A stretch of 61,451 nt of DNA, filler included, from Bonamia ostreae (Eukaryota), in assembly GCA_040357525.1 (NCBI GenBank). It is 12 parts of 12 records of this genome, joined end to end, with 100 filler letters (N's around TTAATTAATTAA, not from the genome) between each part and the next. Parts side by side here need not be neighbours in the genome. Positions count along the whole stretch, not along the records: positions 56,464 to 61,451 come from JBDODL010000243.1; 11 more parts are not named here. One strand, written 5' to 3'. The notes beneath the pieces were generated by a model, which was given only the letters and a program-made list of their open reading frames with translations, was not told where the DNA came from and did not search any database. Shown here one piece after another: positions 59,804-61,451 of the stretch; the first letter of the stretch is position 1; the number at the start of each line of letters is the position of its first letter. The translations under genes were made by a program, and so were the position numbers.

Positions 59804-60853
59804 TTACGCTGCTTTGACCAACATGAAAACGTTCCGGGTCTTAAAGCTAACCGAAATTAAAGCGTTTTTGTCATCCAACTGCTTCATCCCGTTAGAGTCG
59901 ATCAATTTGAACTTTTTAAAGGGCAGATTCTTCTTCTTAATTTCGTCCGCCACTTTCGAGTAAATAAACGCCACTTTTTGCGCCGAATATGCGACAAAGT
60001 TAAAAGTGGATCCGTCTGGAAATCGGACGCGCACTTCGATTCCATCCTCTTTGTCCCTCTCTTGGGAAACTGACTCGAACCCCCTTTCTCGCTCCGCGTC
60101 TTGGTTCGCCGCTAGCGCGAACGCTTCGTCTTGGCTCCGCATTAAGTTGAGACGTTCTCTCTCTGCGACCCTCTGTCTTTCCTGCTCTTCCGCCCTTCTC
60201 TGCTCGGCAATTCTTCTTCTCTCTTGCTCTGCAGTTCTCCGGGACTCGTTTTGGTTCAAGTTGTCTGCGTGCGTTTCACTGCTTTCTAACCGTCTCCCTC
60301 CGAAGTAATGGCCGATCCTGTTGCGGCTTCCTTCGACTCTGTGCCCGGCCTCCGAGTTGGCCGGAGGCCTGATGTCCACCTCGGCGTTCACTTCCTTCCG
60401 CGCAACGAGGAGGAGCAGAATCGGAAGCGAAACGATAAAGTGGAAGATGACGCAGAACCCGGCAACCAGATAGAGAGCTTCGTTTCTGCAAAATTAAACA
60501 AGTTTTAACGCTTTCAAGTCGTCCTTCTGCGAGATTAAGGCGGCGTAGACCGGGAAGCCGACTACGCACATTACTGCACCGAGCACATGTCAGATGAAGA
60601 GCGTCGCTGGCCGAATCCTTTTCTCCTTGTCGTAGAGCCACAAGAGCCGCCAAAGACGTATCACAACGACTCGGATGTCGTCGATCAACGGCCACCAGAG
60701 CAGGACAGCGTTTTTGTTCGCGGAGACAAAATAAGTGAGGGAGGTGATGATGAGCTGGACCGAAGTCGTCGCCGCGATTACGATCGTCAGAACATAGTCT
60801 TCTCCAAACAGTCCCTGGTCCGTCCAAAGTCTTTTGTCGAAAAAGATTTGCAT
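59804..60853 (-). CDS. Multi-TM protein with coiled coil and C-terminal UBX domain; apparent in-frame TGA at 60590-60592
   Basis: LMRSQDEAF and IEVRVRFPDGS..F (UBX); hydrophobic N-terminal half; 24-nt intron near 60488-60511. Confidence 0.75.
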
Positions 60854-61219
60854 TTTAATAAAATCGATATAATCGTCGATTGTGTTATTATCTCAGTTTT
60901 GTTAATTGTTTTTGCGACGTTTTTGTTGTTAACTATTTTGCAATTTTACTGCAAATTTGGACGGTTTTGTTTATACAACAAATTATTAAACAATATCATT
61001 TTTCGAATATTTAACTCAGTTTTGCAAAATTTATTTGTAACAATTCGCAAAAAGAATTTTAGATTTTACAAAAATTCCAACTTCGATAATAAAATTTGGT
61101 GCGATCAAATTGCAAAACGATCTTTAACTGTTAATTTTTTTATAAAAACAAAAACTTTCATTTCTCTTTAATGTGATATCATAACTTTTGAAACAGTTAT
61201 TGCGATTTCGATAATTTTG

Positions 61220-61451
61220 ATGACAAATCGAGTCGATGCGAACGATGTCGAAAACAACAGAGGAAACGTTTCTGTTGAACCCATCGACCTCCGCAAATTA
61301 ACAGAAAGCGAGAAAAAGGGAATCTTGGAACGCGTGATTTCTGCGATTTTGTACATTCTCTTCCTAACTTGGTACTATGCGTTGGGATTCGGAATCACTA
61401 TTTTGATGTACGTCGGAATCCTCGTTACCAAAGAGTACGGATTGTGTTTTA
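61220..61451 (+). CDS. 5' end of a membrane protein (runs off the window)
   Basis: Open frame MTNRVDANDVENN...ISAILYILFLTWYYALGFGITILMYVGILV continues to the window end. Confidence 0.6.
   Translation, partial: MTNRVDANDVENNRGNVSVEPIDLRKLTESEKKGILERVISAILYILFLTWYYALGFGITILMYVGILVTKEYGLCF

Overview
Eukaryotic, AT-rich, very gene-dense DNA. It is not one locus: about 12 unrelated ~5.0-kb contigs (in decreasing length order) are joined by artificial N-TTAATTAATTAA-N linkers, so adjacency across linkers is meaningless. The code is standard, and genes are split by very small GT-AG introns (mostly 19-30 nt, donor usually GTT, acceptor often AAG), which is why the ORF track is fragmented. This is consistent with a reduced protist, possibly a rhizarian parasite (inference, not proven). 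Recognisable genes: POP5, NNT, a LOTUS-RING protein, a class II HDAC, TPT1, Dopey-like, SLC35F, SNU13, KTI12, an SRSF3/7-type SR protein, RPS12, MYG1, NUDT1, RPB11, nucleolin/Nsr1, DDX10, BDP1, an MA3-repeat protein, DDX41, polo kinase, TFIIB, aminopeptidase P, PSF1, an LMBR1/LIMR protein and a TM-UBX protein. There are also lineage-specific surface proteins (vWA + 17 sushi repeats; two kringle/crystallin/knottin paralogs; a tetraspan array). RNA genes read from the sequence: a U3 snoRNA with a USE+TATA promoter and a 74-nt tRNA-Leu(CAG) lacking the long variable arm. Best leads: the armless tRNA-Leu, two unidentified structured intergenic RNAs (54743-54951 and 14422-14655), the tiny-intron splicing grammar, and an in-frame UGA in the UBX gene.
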